From positions 62,001 to 126,000 of IMG/VR virus record IMGVR_UViG_3300028862_000012: 64,000 nt of DNA; one strand, written 5' to 3'. A program made the translations under genes and the position numbers. The notes below the pieces were generated by a model, which saw only the letters and a program-made list of their open reading frames with translations, searched no databases and was not told the DNA's origin. Positions 8,695-18,922 of this stretch are shown here, piece after piece (the stretch's first letter is position 1; the number at the start of each line of letters is the position of its first letter).

Positions 8695-11055
8695 TTACAC
8701 CTTAAAAATATCTAAGTTAATTTCATTACCAGAAGAAGGAGCTACTATAATTTTTGAACTACTAATTATTGCCTCTCGTATCTCATCTAATTTTTCAAGT
8801 ATTCTATCAATACTAATAGTTGATTTACTATTATTATTTATATTTGTAGAACTTAAATCTTTCTTTGTTGCATAAACATTATCATCAGGAGATATACGAA
8901 CAAAACTTCCATCAGAACGAACAATACCATCATTTATACTTGCTTTAGCTCCACTTGCTGCTTCTCGTTCTTTTTGTTTATCTGTAACATAGCTGGTAAA
9001 ATTAGAAGTTAAATCAGCTTTCTTTTTATCATTAAATAATGACCCTATTAAATCTCCTATGTTAATTTTACCTGAAAATATAAATCCAAATATATTAGAT
9101 AAAAAACTAAAACTATCTTGTATTGGAGTTAAAATATATTTATTAAATAAATCGGGAACAGTTGTGGTAACTTTATTAAATATATCTCCTATAAATTTTC
9201 CTAATGGAGTAAATAAAACAGTCTCAGCCCATTTAGCTACATTCTTTATACCGCCCCAAGCCCGTGTGAAAAATCCACCCAAAGGAGATAATACATAAGT
9301 CGATATCCAAGTACCTATGCTTAAAAAAGCATTACTAATTCCTGATATAGCACGAGTGAAAAACTTTCCAACAGGAACTATCATGTTATTAAATAAAAAT
9401 GACCCTATTAAACCACCCATTTTTACTATATTTTTAATTACTACTTTATATAAAAATAATCCTACTTTTTTTCCAATTCCTTTTATTCCTTCAATCATTT
9501 CACCAATCATAAAAAATTTATAAAACCATTTCCCAGCATTTACAATAAAATTCCCAATAGGTGATATTATATGATCATATATAAAACTTCCAATAAATGA
9601 AAAGAACTTTCCTATAGGGGTTATTATCCACTTATAAGCAAAGCCACCTATAGCATCTAAAGCTTTGGCAATACGCTCTCCACCAATAAAACCAATTATT
9701 CCACCTACTACAGCACCAATTAAACCACCTAAGACTGTACCTACTACTGGAACAAAACTTCCTACTCCTGCACCAATAAGTGCCCATTTTCCCATATTTT
9801 TAAATGCGCCTTTTATTCCCTTATCTGCTCCTCCTAAAAATCCTCCAATAAATCCACTTATTTTAGAGGTCTTCCAGCCTGCAAGCATTCCTTTTATCCC
9901 GTCTATTACCATCATAATAAGACCAGAGATAATCATAGCCTTAGGGCCAGCTTTTCCTAAAAAGTTAGCAAATTCTTTACCAAATAAAGAAGGAAACTTT
10001 TTAGCAAGCAAGTTACCTATATTTTGAAATAGGTTTCCTTTAAATATAACTTCAAAAAGTTTACCAAAAAATCCACCAATTAACGGAAGTAGTTTTTTAC
10101 CTAAGTCTTTTAATCCACCACCAAAGGCAGTACTTAAAAGATTTGAAAAAAATCCACCTTTTTTTTCTTCATCATTTTTTCCTTTTTTTCCTTTTATTAA
10201 ATGATATAATAACAAACTACCCATATCTCCAATTTTAGCAACATCTTTAAGAGTAGGCTTTGTTTTAACTATTTTTTTTGCTTCTGGATCTGGCAGTAAA
10301 TTATTAATTGCTTCTGGAACAAAGGAATGACTTTGACTTGGTTCATCATCAAAATCATCAGGAATTTCTTTCTTTCTAAAAGGTGACCTGCTTGAAGATC
10401 TGTAAGAATCTTTTTTAGAACTGCCTTTCTTTCTATTTTTTATAGCCCCACCGATTTTTTCACCTATATCTATACCAAAACTATCTTCAACGGCAGTAGT
10501 AACTAAACTTAATGGCCCTAATAATGCTCCAGTAAAACCATCTTTATTCTTTTTTACTTGAGAGCCAATGGCTCCCATTACTCCCTTACCACCTGCAAGG
10601 ATGCCCTTTGCTACTGGATTAAGTAAACCTATAACTCCTTTAGTTTCCCACAAGTATTTTCGTGTTTGCTTTTTATCTATTTTTTCTAATCGCTTATCAT
10701 ATATATTTTCTTTCTTTTCAAGTTTTTTTATTTGTTTATTTATCTTTTCTATACTTAAACGTGCCTCAGCAGAGTTAGAAATTTCTAATTCTTTTTTAAA
10801 TAATTTTACTTCATCATTAAGCTCTTTAATTTTCTGATCTGCATTTTTTTTATTAATTATTGTAGCAACTTTCTTCTTATCAGATAAATCCTTTTCAACT
10901 CGGCGTTCAGCTTCTTCCATACGTTTTATACTTTTTTCAGCATCTAATCCAGACTTTCTAATCATTTTAGTAAAAGCGTCTAACCTTTCAGCTAATAGCT
11001 CATTAGTCTGTTCTTGAGTAACTTGATTCTTTTTTAATACTGGAATAAGTGCCAT
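8695..11055 (-). CDS. Tape measure protein
   Basis: 786 aa. Charged coiled-coil N-terminus, Gly-rich hydrophobic core (GAGVGSFVPVVGTVLGGLIGAVVGGIIG), about 11-residue aromatic/Pro repeats, first gene of the baseplate run. Confidence 0.75.
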   Translation of the reverse strand: MALIPVLKKNQVTQEQTNELLAERLDAFTKMIRKSGLDAEKSIKRMEEAERRVEKDLSDKKKVATIINKKNADQKIKELNDEVKLFKKELEISNSAEARLSIEKINKQIKKLEKKENIYDKRLEKIDKKQTRKYLWETKGVIGLLNPVAKGILAGGKGVMGAIGSQVKKNKDGFTGALLGPLSLVTTAVEDSFGIDIGEKIGGAIKNRKKGSSKKDSYRSSSRSPFRKKEIPDDFDDEPSQSHSFVPEAINNLLPDPEAKKIVKTKPTLKDVAKIGDMGSLLLYHLIKGKKGKNDEEKKGGFFSNLLSTAFGGGLKDLGKKLLPLIGGFFGKLFEVIFKGNLFQNIGNLLAKKFPSLFGKEFANFLGKAGPKAMIISGLIMMVIDGIKGMLAGWKTSKISGFIGGFLGGADKGIKGAFKNMGKWALIGAGVGSFVPVVGTVLGGLIGAVVGGIIGFIGGERIAKALDAIGGFAYKWIITPIGKFFSFIGSFIYDHIISPIGNFIVNAGKWFYKFFMIGEMIEGIKGIGKKVGLFLYKVVIKNIVKMGGLIGSFLFNNMIVPVGKFFTRAISGISNAFLSIGTWISTYVLSPLGGFFTRAWGGIKNVAKWAETVLFTPLGKFIGDIFNKVTTTVPDLFNKYILTPIQDSFSFLSNIFGFIFSGKINIGDLIGSLFNDKKKADLTSNFTSYVTDKQKEREAASGAKASINDGIVRSDGSFVRISPDDNVYATKKDLSSTNINNNSKSTISIDRILEKLDEIREAIISSSKIIVAPSSGNEINLDIFKV

Positions 11056-11086
11056 AGAATATAAAATCCTTTAAATATAAAACTAT

Positions 11087-11500
11087 TTATTTTTCTTTAG
11101 CTTTTTCTTTATCATTCTTTGCTTGTAAAATTTCTTTAGCTTTTTCTACTTTATCAACAATAGACTTATCTATATTTTTTCCATTTCTATTGATGAAAAA
11201 TTGTAAAGCTTTTATAGCTCCTGATAAATCATCGTGATTCTTCTCAGCTTCGCTCGCGATTTTTTGTGCAGAACTGTCTTTGAAAAAACCCTCTCCCGGT
11301 TTCCATCCCTTATCTTTTTCTGCATCCTGAATAAATTTTTCATCTTCCTGAAATTTATTCATATGAGACTCTAATAAAGTGGAAACATACTTTTTGTTAG
11401 TTAATTCTGAAAGAATGTTTAAATTAATATTTATAGTTTCAACTATTCTTTTAGCTTCTGATTTGCATACTTCTAATTCAACTTCTTCTAATACTGTCAT
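11087..11500 (-). CDS. Hypothetical protein, candidate internal head protein
   Basis: 137 aa, preceded by TAACTATTA (11521-11529). N-terminal VLEE/LSE/LLES motifs. Confidence 0.55.
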   Translation of the reverse strand: MTVLEEVELEVCKSEAKRIVETININLNILSELTNKKYVSTLLESHMNKFQEDEKFIQDAEKDKGWKPGEGFFKDSSAQKIASEAEKNHDDLSGAIKALQFFINRNGKNIDKSIVDKVEKAKEILQAKNDKEKAKEK

Positions 11501-11641
11501 ACTTACCTACTTACTTACTCTAATAGTTAGTAAATTGATAATAGAAAAATTTATTTATTAAATATTAAAAGACAGATATACCATGAAGAAAACTTTGAGA
11601 TTGAATTTTTTTAAAAAAAAGATGTGCCAAAATTTATTTTA

Positions 11642-13864
11642 TCATCCGGTATCACTATAACAGATATTAAGAGATAATAATGGCCCCCCTATATTTAATA
11701 AAGGCGGTGGGTTTGATTTTGTAATTATAGAATTTTTTTTAGTTATATTAGTATTATTTATATTTTTAGAAACTTTGTGTAAATTACAAGTTTTAGTATT
11801 AAAAAATTTATCTTTGATATGATTATTATTAATAAAAGTATGTAATTTCATTAAACTTATGTATTTATCTGAAATAATAGAATTATAAATTTTATTAAAA
11901 TTTAAATTAATCATTCGAGTATTAGTACTATACATAAAATATAAACTAACAATATCTTTTAAATTTATAGAATTAACATAATTAGTTATAAACTTGGTAT
12001 AGTGAATAACCTTATTATCGAGTATTTTATTAAAATAAATATCATTAGTATAGAAATTTGAGATATCAAGATTATTATGATTAGTAATATTTTTAATGTT
12101 TTTATAATTAGTGCAATAAGTAGAAATAATAAACTTTCTAAAATCAATTCCATTAGTATTTAAATTATGAAAAATTCTAGTTCGAGAAATTTCAGTATAG
12201 CTTGATTGAATATGTTTAATATATTCATTATCTGAATTATATTGTTGTTTAAAGTTTAAAACGCTTTTAATAGTAGCTTGTTTCATAAAAACAGAAGCTA
12301 TATCTTTAAACTCTTTAGATACATAGAAAGCATCAAAGACAGTAATATAGGGTATATGATAATTTTTACAAAACTTTAATATTTCAATGCTATAATAATA
12401 ATCAATTTCTTCATCTATATACCAATTAGATTTCCATAAGAAATTCTTAATAGGTAAAAAGAAACTTTCAATAGAAGAAATTAAATAATCAACAGAGATA
12501 TTAATATTGCCTTTATAAGTGTTAGCATAATCTAAATATTTGTAATAAAGTTTATAATCATGTTTGTGTAATTTAGTATTAGTTTTAATACTTTTTAGAA
12601 AATTAGATTTTCTTATATTTTGTAAATATCTATAACTTGTTTTTGCTAATTCTTCTTTATCGAATTCAGTAGTGAATTTATAACATAGACTATCATGATA
12701 AGGTTTTTTAGCAGTATATCGATCATTGGCTGTATTATATAATCCTAATTCAACTAATTCTTTTTCAATTTTATACTTAAAAGTATTGATATCTGTATTT
12801 ACTGCTGTAATAATAATAGGCTTCAATACAGTATATAAATAGTCAAAAAGTATTTGATCTTGAATATCAAACTTTTTTAATAAATATTTAATAAACTCTT
12901 TGACTGGATGTTTAATATCATCAAAAGTTTTACCTGTATTTATTATATACAATTTATTAATCTTACTTGCAGTCTGATCTAATTCAATCATGTTTTCTGA
13001 TTTAATTATAAGTTCTCGATTTTGTTTACTCATATGAGTTATTTCTGAATATAATCGTCCATGGGAGACAGCATGAGTTATATCATTAACATTTTCATAG
13101 CTTCGAGTATAGTATTTTAGATTATGAGTAAGAGGGAAATTTTTATTATAATTGTTTATATTATCAACGTGCTTATCATGAATAATTTCGTATTTTTCAT
13201 TTTTTGTTTTAATCATACTAACGGGACTATCTAAGCAAGAACTAAATATTTTTTTATAAAAATCACTATACTCTTTAGTACCAAACATAGCGACTATTGA
13301 AATTTTATACAGGCTATCGATTGACTTAATAAAGTCAGCATTCCATTGCTCTAATGGATTTATAGTAACTTGAGACAATACCTTAGTTCCGTCAGGTAGT
13401 AATCCACCTATTTCTAGATTAATTATGTGAAGAAATTGAAGCATATCTTGAGCTATAGTAAAGTTTGCAAAATTATAAATTTCATACTTATGAAATAAAT
13501 TAATATAATATTCTGGTTCTACTACTTTTGTTTGTAGATAATTTGCATCTTTCGGGCGCGGAACATAAATAGAAAATTTATCTTCATCAGTTACTGTGTA
13601 ATTTTTAACTCGTTCAGGATTAGTATGAAATGTTTCAATAATCTTTTTTTTACTATCTAATTGCATTTTAGCTAATACTATTAATAAAGCCATAGAAGTA
13701 ATGCTTTCATTAACGTTTTTTAGAGTAGCAATACTTCTATCATTATTTGCTTTATTAAATAATTTTACCATATAGGGTATATTTGAATTAAATACCTTAT
13801 AGGGTAAAGAGGATTGTAATAGTTCAGGGGTCAATTGATCCCTGTTATATTGAGACATTCGCAT
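11642..13864 (-). CDS. Divergent family-A DNA polymerase / T7-RNAP superfamily (TV-Pol-like) protein
   Basis: Motifs in the expected order: HGRLYSEITHMSKQNR, MIELDQTAS (motif A Asp) and EEID....ILKFCKNYHIPYITVFDAFYV (motif C Asp). Low-complexity Asn/Ile/Lys-rich C-terminus. Confidence 0.6.
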   Translation of the reverse strand: MRMSQYNRDQLTPELLQSSLPYKVFNSNIPYMVKLFNKANNDRSIATLKNVNESITSMALLIVLAKMQLDSKKKIIETFHTNPERVKNYTVTDEDKFSIYVPRPKDANYLQTKVVEPEYYINLFHKYEIYNFANFTIAQDMLQFLHIINLEIGGLLPDGTKVLSQVTINPLEQWNADFIKSIDSLYKISIVAMFGTKEYSDFYKKIFSSCLDSPVSMIKTKNEKYEIIHDKHVDNINNYNKNFPLTHNLKYYTRSYENVNDITHAVSHGRLYSEITHMSKQNRELIIKSENMIELDQTASKINKLYIINTGKTFDDIKHPVKEFIKYLLKKFDIQDQILFDYLYTVLKPIIITAVNTDINTFKYKIEKELVELGLYNTANDRYTAKKPYHDSLCYKFTTEFDKEELAKTSYRYLQNIRKSNFLKSIKTNTKLHKHDYKLYYKYLDYANTYKGNINISVDYLISSIESFFLPIKNFLWKSNWYIDEEIDYYYSIEILKFCKNYHIPYITVFDAFYVSKEFKDIASVFMKQATIKSVLNFKQQYNSDNEYIKHIQSSYTEISRTRIFHNLNTNGIDFRKFIISTYCTNYKNIKNITNHNNLDISNFYTNDIYFNKILDNKVIHYTKFITNYVNSINLKDIVSLYFMYSTNTRMINLNFNKIYNSIISDKYISLMKLHTFINNNHIKDKFFNTKTCNLHKVSKNINNTNITKKNSIITKSNPPPLLNIGGPLLSLNICYSDTG

Positions 13865-13870
13865 ATAAAA

Positions 13871-14326
13871 TTACAGACTTATCTTTGTATAATTCTTTTC
13901 TGTTTTGATATCTGTATTAAATGGATATATCCGAACAATTGAAGTATTGTGTTCAGGATAGAATACCTTAATACTGCTACTGTCGATTATAGTTAAAAAC
14001 TCACTTGCTTTGTCTGTTTTAAACAATAAAAGAATATCATTTATTTCTGATTCAGAAATTGTTGTTATAAACAGTTCGGAATGCTTTGAATAAACTCCAA
14101 TTAAATGATTAGTAAAATCAATAAATTCCAAACCTTTTGGAAAAACTTTAATATTAAACTTTACTTTAATATAATTATTATTCTTTGTAATTCCTACTGT
14201 TAGGGTCTTTCCTACTGCCTTTACAATTTTAGCAATATCTTTTTCAATAGCTGATTCATCGATCATTTCAAAAACTGCATAAAAACAATGAGGGTTACGA
14301 AAGGGGATAATCTTTTTTGAATCCAT
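13871..14326 (-). CDS. Hypothetical protein
   Basis: 151-aa ORF with an AAGGA SD. Confidence 0.6.
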   Translation of the reverse strand: MDSKKIIPFRNPHCFYAVFEMIDESAIEKDIAKIVKAVGKTLTVGITKNNNYIKVKFNIKVFPKGLEFIDFTNHLIGVYSKHSELFITTISESEINDILLLFKTDKASEFLTIIDSSSIKVFYPEHNTSIVRIYPFNTDIKTEKNYTKISL

Positions 14327-14338
14327 ATAATTTCCTTT

Positions 14339-14779
14339 TTATATTTTGAATATATTATGTTGTATTTTAGAAACTTTGTCAATAACTGAACTAAATAAAT
14401 CAGTCTTTTTTTCATCTTTTTTCATTGCATCTTTATAAAAGGAATATTTTTCTAAATCTTCTTCAATATTTTCTAATAAATGTATTTCGTTTTCTTCAAC
14501 CATTATTATAAATTGCTTAAAGCTTTTAGTATACTCTTGTATATTAGTAACTTTTGGAGCTAATTCAGCAATATATTGTGGAACATCATATCTATCTACT
14601 AATTCAGAGTTATTGACATCATTGATAGAAATAGAATAGTATTGTTCTGATATTGGTTTACAAATCAATATATAGATATTTGAATCATGTTTAATGGTTA
14701 GTTCCAAAGCTGGAGATTTGTCTTTTTTGCTATTTCTTTCTAAAGCTAGTAATAAAGCTTTATTTTTATTTTTTGCCAT
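14339..14779 (-). CDS. Hypothetical protein
   Basis: 146-aa ORF. The ATG lies 4 nt after a TAACTATAG element. Confidence 0.6.
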   Translation of the reverse strand: MAKNKNKALLLALERNSKKDKSPALELTIKHDSNIYILICKPISEQYYSISINDVNNSELVDRYDVPQYIAELAPKVTNIQEYTKSFKQFIIMVEENEIHLLENIEEDLEKYSFYKDAMKKDEKKTDLFSSVIDKVSKIQHNIFKI

Positions 14780-14833
14780 ACACCTATAGTTAGATTTACA
14801 GAATTTATCTAACTATCATAAAATGAGGATTAT

Positions 14834-15493
14834 ATGACAGTAAAAAAGTTTTTATTTATTTTGTTGTTTTCTTGTATTCCGATTGGTATTGGAATAAGCA
14901 GTATGTATCATGCTAATAGTATTACCTATAAAACAGGTGCAGTATGTAACTATCCTATGACTTATAAAGACTATTGTTTAGAAAAAATGTTTAAGAAAGG
15001 AATTCCTTCTGAAATTGACTTGTATGTATTAGATGTATGTATACAAGAAAAAGTAAATCCTTTTGAAATGCTATCTATATTAAATAACGAAAATCCTGAA
15101 CAAGACCCTTTTGTTGATAGTCCTAACTATGGATTTGAAAAGATATATAATAAAAAATTAAAAAAATATTATAAAGTAAAAACTCTTTTATCTACTGATT
15201 CTGGATTATTTCAACTAAACTCAAAACCTATGACTTATTTTATTGAAACCTTTTGGGTAAAGTGTAATGAAACAGAAACTTTTAATGTACATAATTATAA
15301 ACATAATACTCGTATGGCAGTTCGTATTTACAAGAGTTTAAGAAACTCAGTAGCTTTTAAAAATTCTGGATGGTATTATCCAGTCATGTGTTATAATGCA
15401 GGATATGGAAAAGTTATTAATAAAAAAGTTTCTAAAAAAACTTCTATTGACTATGTAAATAAGTTTAAAGAAAACATGAAAAAATATGAATAA
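14834..15493 (+). CDS. Lytic transglycosylase (SLT domain) with N-terminal hydrophobic anchor; candidate endolysin
   Basis: ILNNENP (catalytic Glu), DSGLFQLNS and YNAGYG are the SLT motifs. N-terminal KKFLFILLFSCIPIGIGI. Confidence 0.8.
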   Translation: MTVKKFLFILLFSCIPIGIGISSMYHANSITYKTGAVCNYPMTYKDYCLEKMFKKGIPSEIDLYVLDVCIQEKVNPFEMLSILNNENPEQDPFVDSPNYGFEKIYNKKLKKYYKVKTLLSTDSGLFQLNSKPMTYFIETFWVKCNETETFNVHNYKHNTRMAVRIYKSLRNSVAFKNSGWYYPVMCYNAGYGKVINKKVSKKTSIDYVNKFKENMKKYE

Positions 15494-15503
15494 CTTTAGA
15501 TAA

Positions 15504-15532
15504 TTGACATACTGTAAACTTTTCTCTATAAT
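15504..15532 (+). promoter_or_regulatory. sigma70-type promoter
   Basis: Perfect TTGACA-N17-TATAAT upstream of the clamp gene. Confidence 0.85.
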
Positions 15533-15566
15533 GACTTTAGTATAAAAATATACTAAAGGGAAATAT

Positions 15567-16652
15567 ATGAAAATTTTTACAAAATCTTTTACAGACAACA
15601 AAGCATTGATTAACTACTGCAGAACTAATAATTCTGAAATTTCAGAAGGAATGTATTTCAACTTTACTGACTCAAAAATCAGTATTAAAAATACTATTAC
15701 TAAGTATTTTATTAACTTTCCATTTGAGTTTAAACTTGAGGGTAATGAGGAACTTCCAAAGAACTTTCTTATCAATTCAGAACAGTTTTTAGGAATAATT
15801 TCAGGAATTAGTGAAATTGAATATAAAGATGATTCATTTTTCTTTGAAAAGAATATTTTTAAAATTAGAGTAAATAATACTATTGTATTTCCTTCCAATG
15901 AAATTGAAGATAACTATGAAAATAGTTTTAAAATGACACAGAAGTTTATTAGTTTACTTACTAAAGCAACAACTGTTTTTTATGCAGACAAGCCAGAAGA
16001 TAAATATAAAACTGCTTATTTTGATAAGGGCTACATCTATAGCTTAAATAATTATCGTGGATATATTGTTAAAGCATCTGATGAAGAAATAAATATTAAG
16101 CTTGACTTTCATACTACTTTGATTGACTTAATTAAATGTATTAATGATAAAGATTTTACTATCTTTTATGATTCAAATAAAAGTAGTAGAAAGATAGTTA
16201 CTGAATCAGGGCTGACTATTTATACTCCTGTAAATCGTTGCATAATTCCTGACTTTGGAACAAAGATTTTTGAGTTTGTAAACAATGATCATAAGACTTT
16301 AGTAAATCGAGATAAAGTTTTAAGCACATTAAGTACTCTAAAAAATTTATTTGATTCAAAAGATTTGGAAAAGAAAGTTTCTTTATCAGTTAATGAAAAA
16401 GAAATGATTTTTGAATTAAAGGATACAGTTAATCCTTACATTAAACTGGTAATGGAAAGTGTAGAAAATACTGAGAAATGTACAAAGATTATTGATTATG
16501 AAAATTTAGTAAAAGTAATTAAGCTTATTGATGGAGAAAATATTGAATTAAAACTTTCTGATGAAATTCCCCTACTTATTGTAAAGACTACTTTAGAAAA
16601 TATTTTTGAAGTCTCTGTTTTAAGTATCCCTCGAATTGTGGCAAAAGTATAA
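15567..16652 (+). CDS. DNA sliding clamp, bacterial beta-clamp (DnaN)-like
   Basis: 361 aa, the size of a three-domain beta clamp. Repeated beta-alpha-beta pattern (FLINSEQFLGIISGI; LVNRDKVLSTLSTLKNLF; IIDYENLVKVIKLIDGENIEL). Confidence 0.6.
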   Translation: MKIFTKSFTDNKALINYCRTNNSEISEGMYFNFTDSKISIKNTITKYFINFPFEFKLEGNEELPKNFLINSEQFLGIISGISEIEYKDDSFFFEKNIFKIRVNNTIVFPSNEIEDNYENSFKMTQKFISLLTKATTVFYADKPEDKYKTAYFDKGYIYSLNNYRGYIVKASDEEINIKLDFHTTLIDLIKCINDKDFTIFYDSNKSSRKIVTESGLTIYTPVNRCIIPDFGTKIFEFVNNDHKTLVNRDKVLSTLSTLKNLFDSKDLEKKVSLSVNEKEMIFELKDTVNPYIKLVMESVENTEKCTKIIDYENLVKVIKLIDGENIELKLSDEIPLLIVKTTLENIFEVSVLSIPRIVAKV

Positions 16653-16716
16653 AAAATAACTATCATAGTATGATTGTGTAACAATTAAAAACGATAATTA
16701 AAAGGGAAACGTAAAC

Positions 16717-17244
16717 ATGGAAAATTTTACAGAAGAGTTGTACAAAAAAGAGTTAACAAAAAAGCTTCATAACTTTGCATCTAAACTACCTATCTTTGAT
16801 TTAGACGTAAAAGTAGCAGGGAATTACATTTATTATTCTTCATTAGTATGCAATCTCATTGGAAAGAAACTTGAGATTGATTATAGCTTAACAGAAAAAA
16901 TGAATGTGCGCCGATTGAAAGAAATTTTAATTGATTTCTTCCCCGTACTTTATGGTTATGAAGAAAAAGAAAAGTCTGTTGATGATCTTTTAAAAGGTGA
17001 GATTTCAGAAGAAACAATTTTGAGTAAAAGCATTGTCAAGCGAGATATGTATCAGGTAGAACGAAAGCTTGATCCCTATAATGAAATTATTGTTCGTAAT
17101 CTTGATACTAATGAACTTGAAATGTACAAGATGGAATGTCCTTTAGTATTTTTCTTATCAGATATGTTTAGAGATAAGGATTTAGCATCAGCTACTTTTA
17201 AGGATAAAGCAAAGTTTATTAAAATTTTGGAACAAAGAGCATAA
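16717..17244 (+). CDS. Hypothetical protein
   Basis: 175-aa ORF followed by a terminator. Confidence 0.6.
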   Translation: MENFTEELYKKELTKKLHNFASKLPIFDLDVKVAGNYIYYSSLVCNLIGKKLEIDYSLTEKMNVRRLKEILIDFFPVLYGYEEKEKSVDDLLKGEISEETILSKSIVKRDMYQVERKLDPYNEIIVRNLDTNELEMYKMECPLVFFLSDMFRDKDLASATFKDKAKFIKILEQRA

Positions 17245-17247
17245 TAG

Positions 17248-17281
17248 AAAAAGAGCCTTGCTGTATGTAAGGCTCTTTTTT
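17248..17281 (+). terminator. Intrinsic terminator (possibly bidirectional)
   Basis: AAAAAGAGCCTT-loop-AAGGCTCTTTTTT. Confidence 0.85.
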
Positions 17282-17307
17282 AATAAAAAGTTTTTATTAA
17301 GGTACAT

Positions 17308-18567
17308 ATGTCTAAAAAAGAATGGATCATAAAAAATTTATATGAAAATAATATGGATAAGCAAATAGTTTATTCCATGTTTGATGATTATAAAAAAGAA
17401 TTTGGTAGTGATATATTACAAGATAGTTTTCGTCGGTTAGTCTGCCATATATATGAAACTGTTTCTGATACTGTTGATCTAAAAGATTTTACAGAAGAGT
17501 CAGTTATGAAACTTGAAGCATCTAAGCAAAAGCTTCAAGATTTAAATAACCAAGTTCGTAAAACAAACCGAGAGCAGTTTAGAATTTATAATAATGTAGA
17601 GGAAATGTATACAGAATTATCTTCTGTATTAGAAAATATTGATTTAACTAAATTTAAGATTAAAGAGCATAAAGATACTTCAAAAAAAGTATTAATAGCT
17701 CAGTTTAGTGATACTCATATGAATCGAATAATTGAGCGATCAGAGAGTAATGGAAATTGTTATGATTTTATTATTGCAAGCAAACGATTAAAAAAATATG
17801 TAAGTAAATTAATTCAAGTTGGTAAAGATAATAAAATTACTATTATGCATATCTTTCAAACCGGGGATCTATTAACGTCGAATCGTCGTCTGAGTGAACA
17901 AACGCAACAATGCTGTTCACTCATTTCAGCCTCTGTGCTTGCTACTTATTTATTTGAGCAAGCTATTATTGAACTATCTAAGTATTTTAATATTACAATT
18001 TCAAGTGTAGTAGGTAATGAAAGTAGATTAGATGATTTTATGGAAACTACTACTTTAATGCAAACACAAAATTATGACTATCTTATTTTCAATAACTTGA
18101 GAATGCTGTTTAGTAAAACACCAATTAAGTTTAATGATGATAAAAATATATCAATGCAAGTAGTTAAAGTAACTGATAATTTTAATGCTCTTATTTTACA
18201 TGGACATCAATTACATATGCCTAATCCTGATAAAGATATAGCAAAGCTGTTACAAACTTTTTCCTATAATGGTGTAAAAATTTCAGGTATTTTTTATGGA
18301 CATTATCACACTCCAAGCGGAAGTAGTATTTTTAATCGAAGCGGTAGTATGTGTGGATCAGATGGATATAGTACAGAACTAGGATTCTTAACTCGTGCAT
18401 CACAAAATTATTATATTGTCAATGCTGATGGAAGTTTAGATACTACTATTGTCGATTTACAGAATACAGACACTATAGAAGGTTATGATATTAAAAATGA
18501 GTTGGAACGTTATAATGTAAAAAACAGTAGTTACAATAATATTGTTACTATAAAAAATTTAGTTTAA
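17308..18567 (+). CDS. Calcineurin-like metallophosphoesterase / nuclease
   Basis: Motifs FSDTH, TGDL, VGNE, LHGH and GHYH in the canonical order. Confidence 0.85.
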   Translation: MSKKEWIIKNLYENNMDKQIVYSMFDDYKKEFGSDILQDSFRRLVCHIYETVSDTVDLKDFTEESVMKLEASKQKLQDLNNQVRKTNREQFRIYNNVEEMYTELSSVLENIDLTKFKIKEHKDTSKKVLIAQFSDTHMNRIIERSESNGNCYDFIIASKRLKKYVSKLIQVGKDNKITIMHIFQTGDLLTSNRRLSEQTQQCCSLISASVLATYLFEQAIIELSKYFNITISSVVGNESRLDDFMETTTLMQTQNYDYLIFNNLRMLFSKTPIKFNDDKNISMQVVKVTDNFNALILHGHQLHMPNPDKDIAKLLQTFSYNGVKISGIFYGHYHTPSGSSIFNRSGSMCGSDGYSTELGFLTRASQNYYIVNADGSLDTTIVDLQNTDTIEGYDIKNELERYNVKNSSYNNIVTIKNLV

Positions 18568-18576
18568 GGAGCTAAA

Positions 18577-18921
18577 ATGATTTTGTTTATTAGAAATGAA
18601 AATAATGATACTATAATTGATATAGAAATCTATAAGGCAAAAGAAGATAATTATGAATATGTAGAGGTATCTAGTGTAGTTGATATTCTGCATTATACTG
18701 ATTTTCTATTAGATAAAATAGAAAAAGGATTAGATAAAGATGAAATTGCTTCATCTTTTTATTTCTTTCAAGAAATACGAGGATGGTTCTATGAAGTTTA
18801 TCTAAAAAATGGTAAAAATATTTATTCAGATGAATTATTAGATGATGTTATAAAAGAAATAAAAAACTTAATGCTATCATTATGTGATGAGTATTCAGGT
18901 TTATATTATATGGAGGACTAA
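18577..18921 (+). CDS. Hypothetical protein
   Basis: 114-aa ORF with an AAGGAG SD. Confidence 0.6.
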   Translation: MILFIRNENNDTIIDIEIYKAKEDNYEYVEVSSVVDILHYTDFLLDKIEKGLDKDEIASSFYFFQEIRGWFYEVYLKNGKNIYSDELLDDVIKEIKNLMLSLCDEYSGLYYMED

Positions 18922-18922
18922 A

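Noticed and set aside
9150-9700. Periodic repeats in the tape measure protein and K/E/D runs in 27600-27720 and 45680-45860
   Set aside because: These are ordinary TMP 11-residue periodicity and low-complexity protein linkers, not separate DNA repeat elements.
11618-11630. Second TGGCAC (sigma54 -24-like) on the minus strand
   Set aside because: No TTGC -12 element at the required spacing (followed by a T run).
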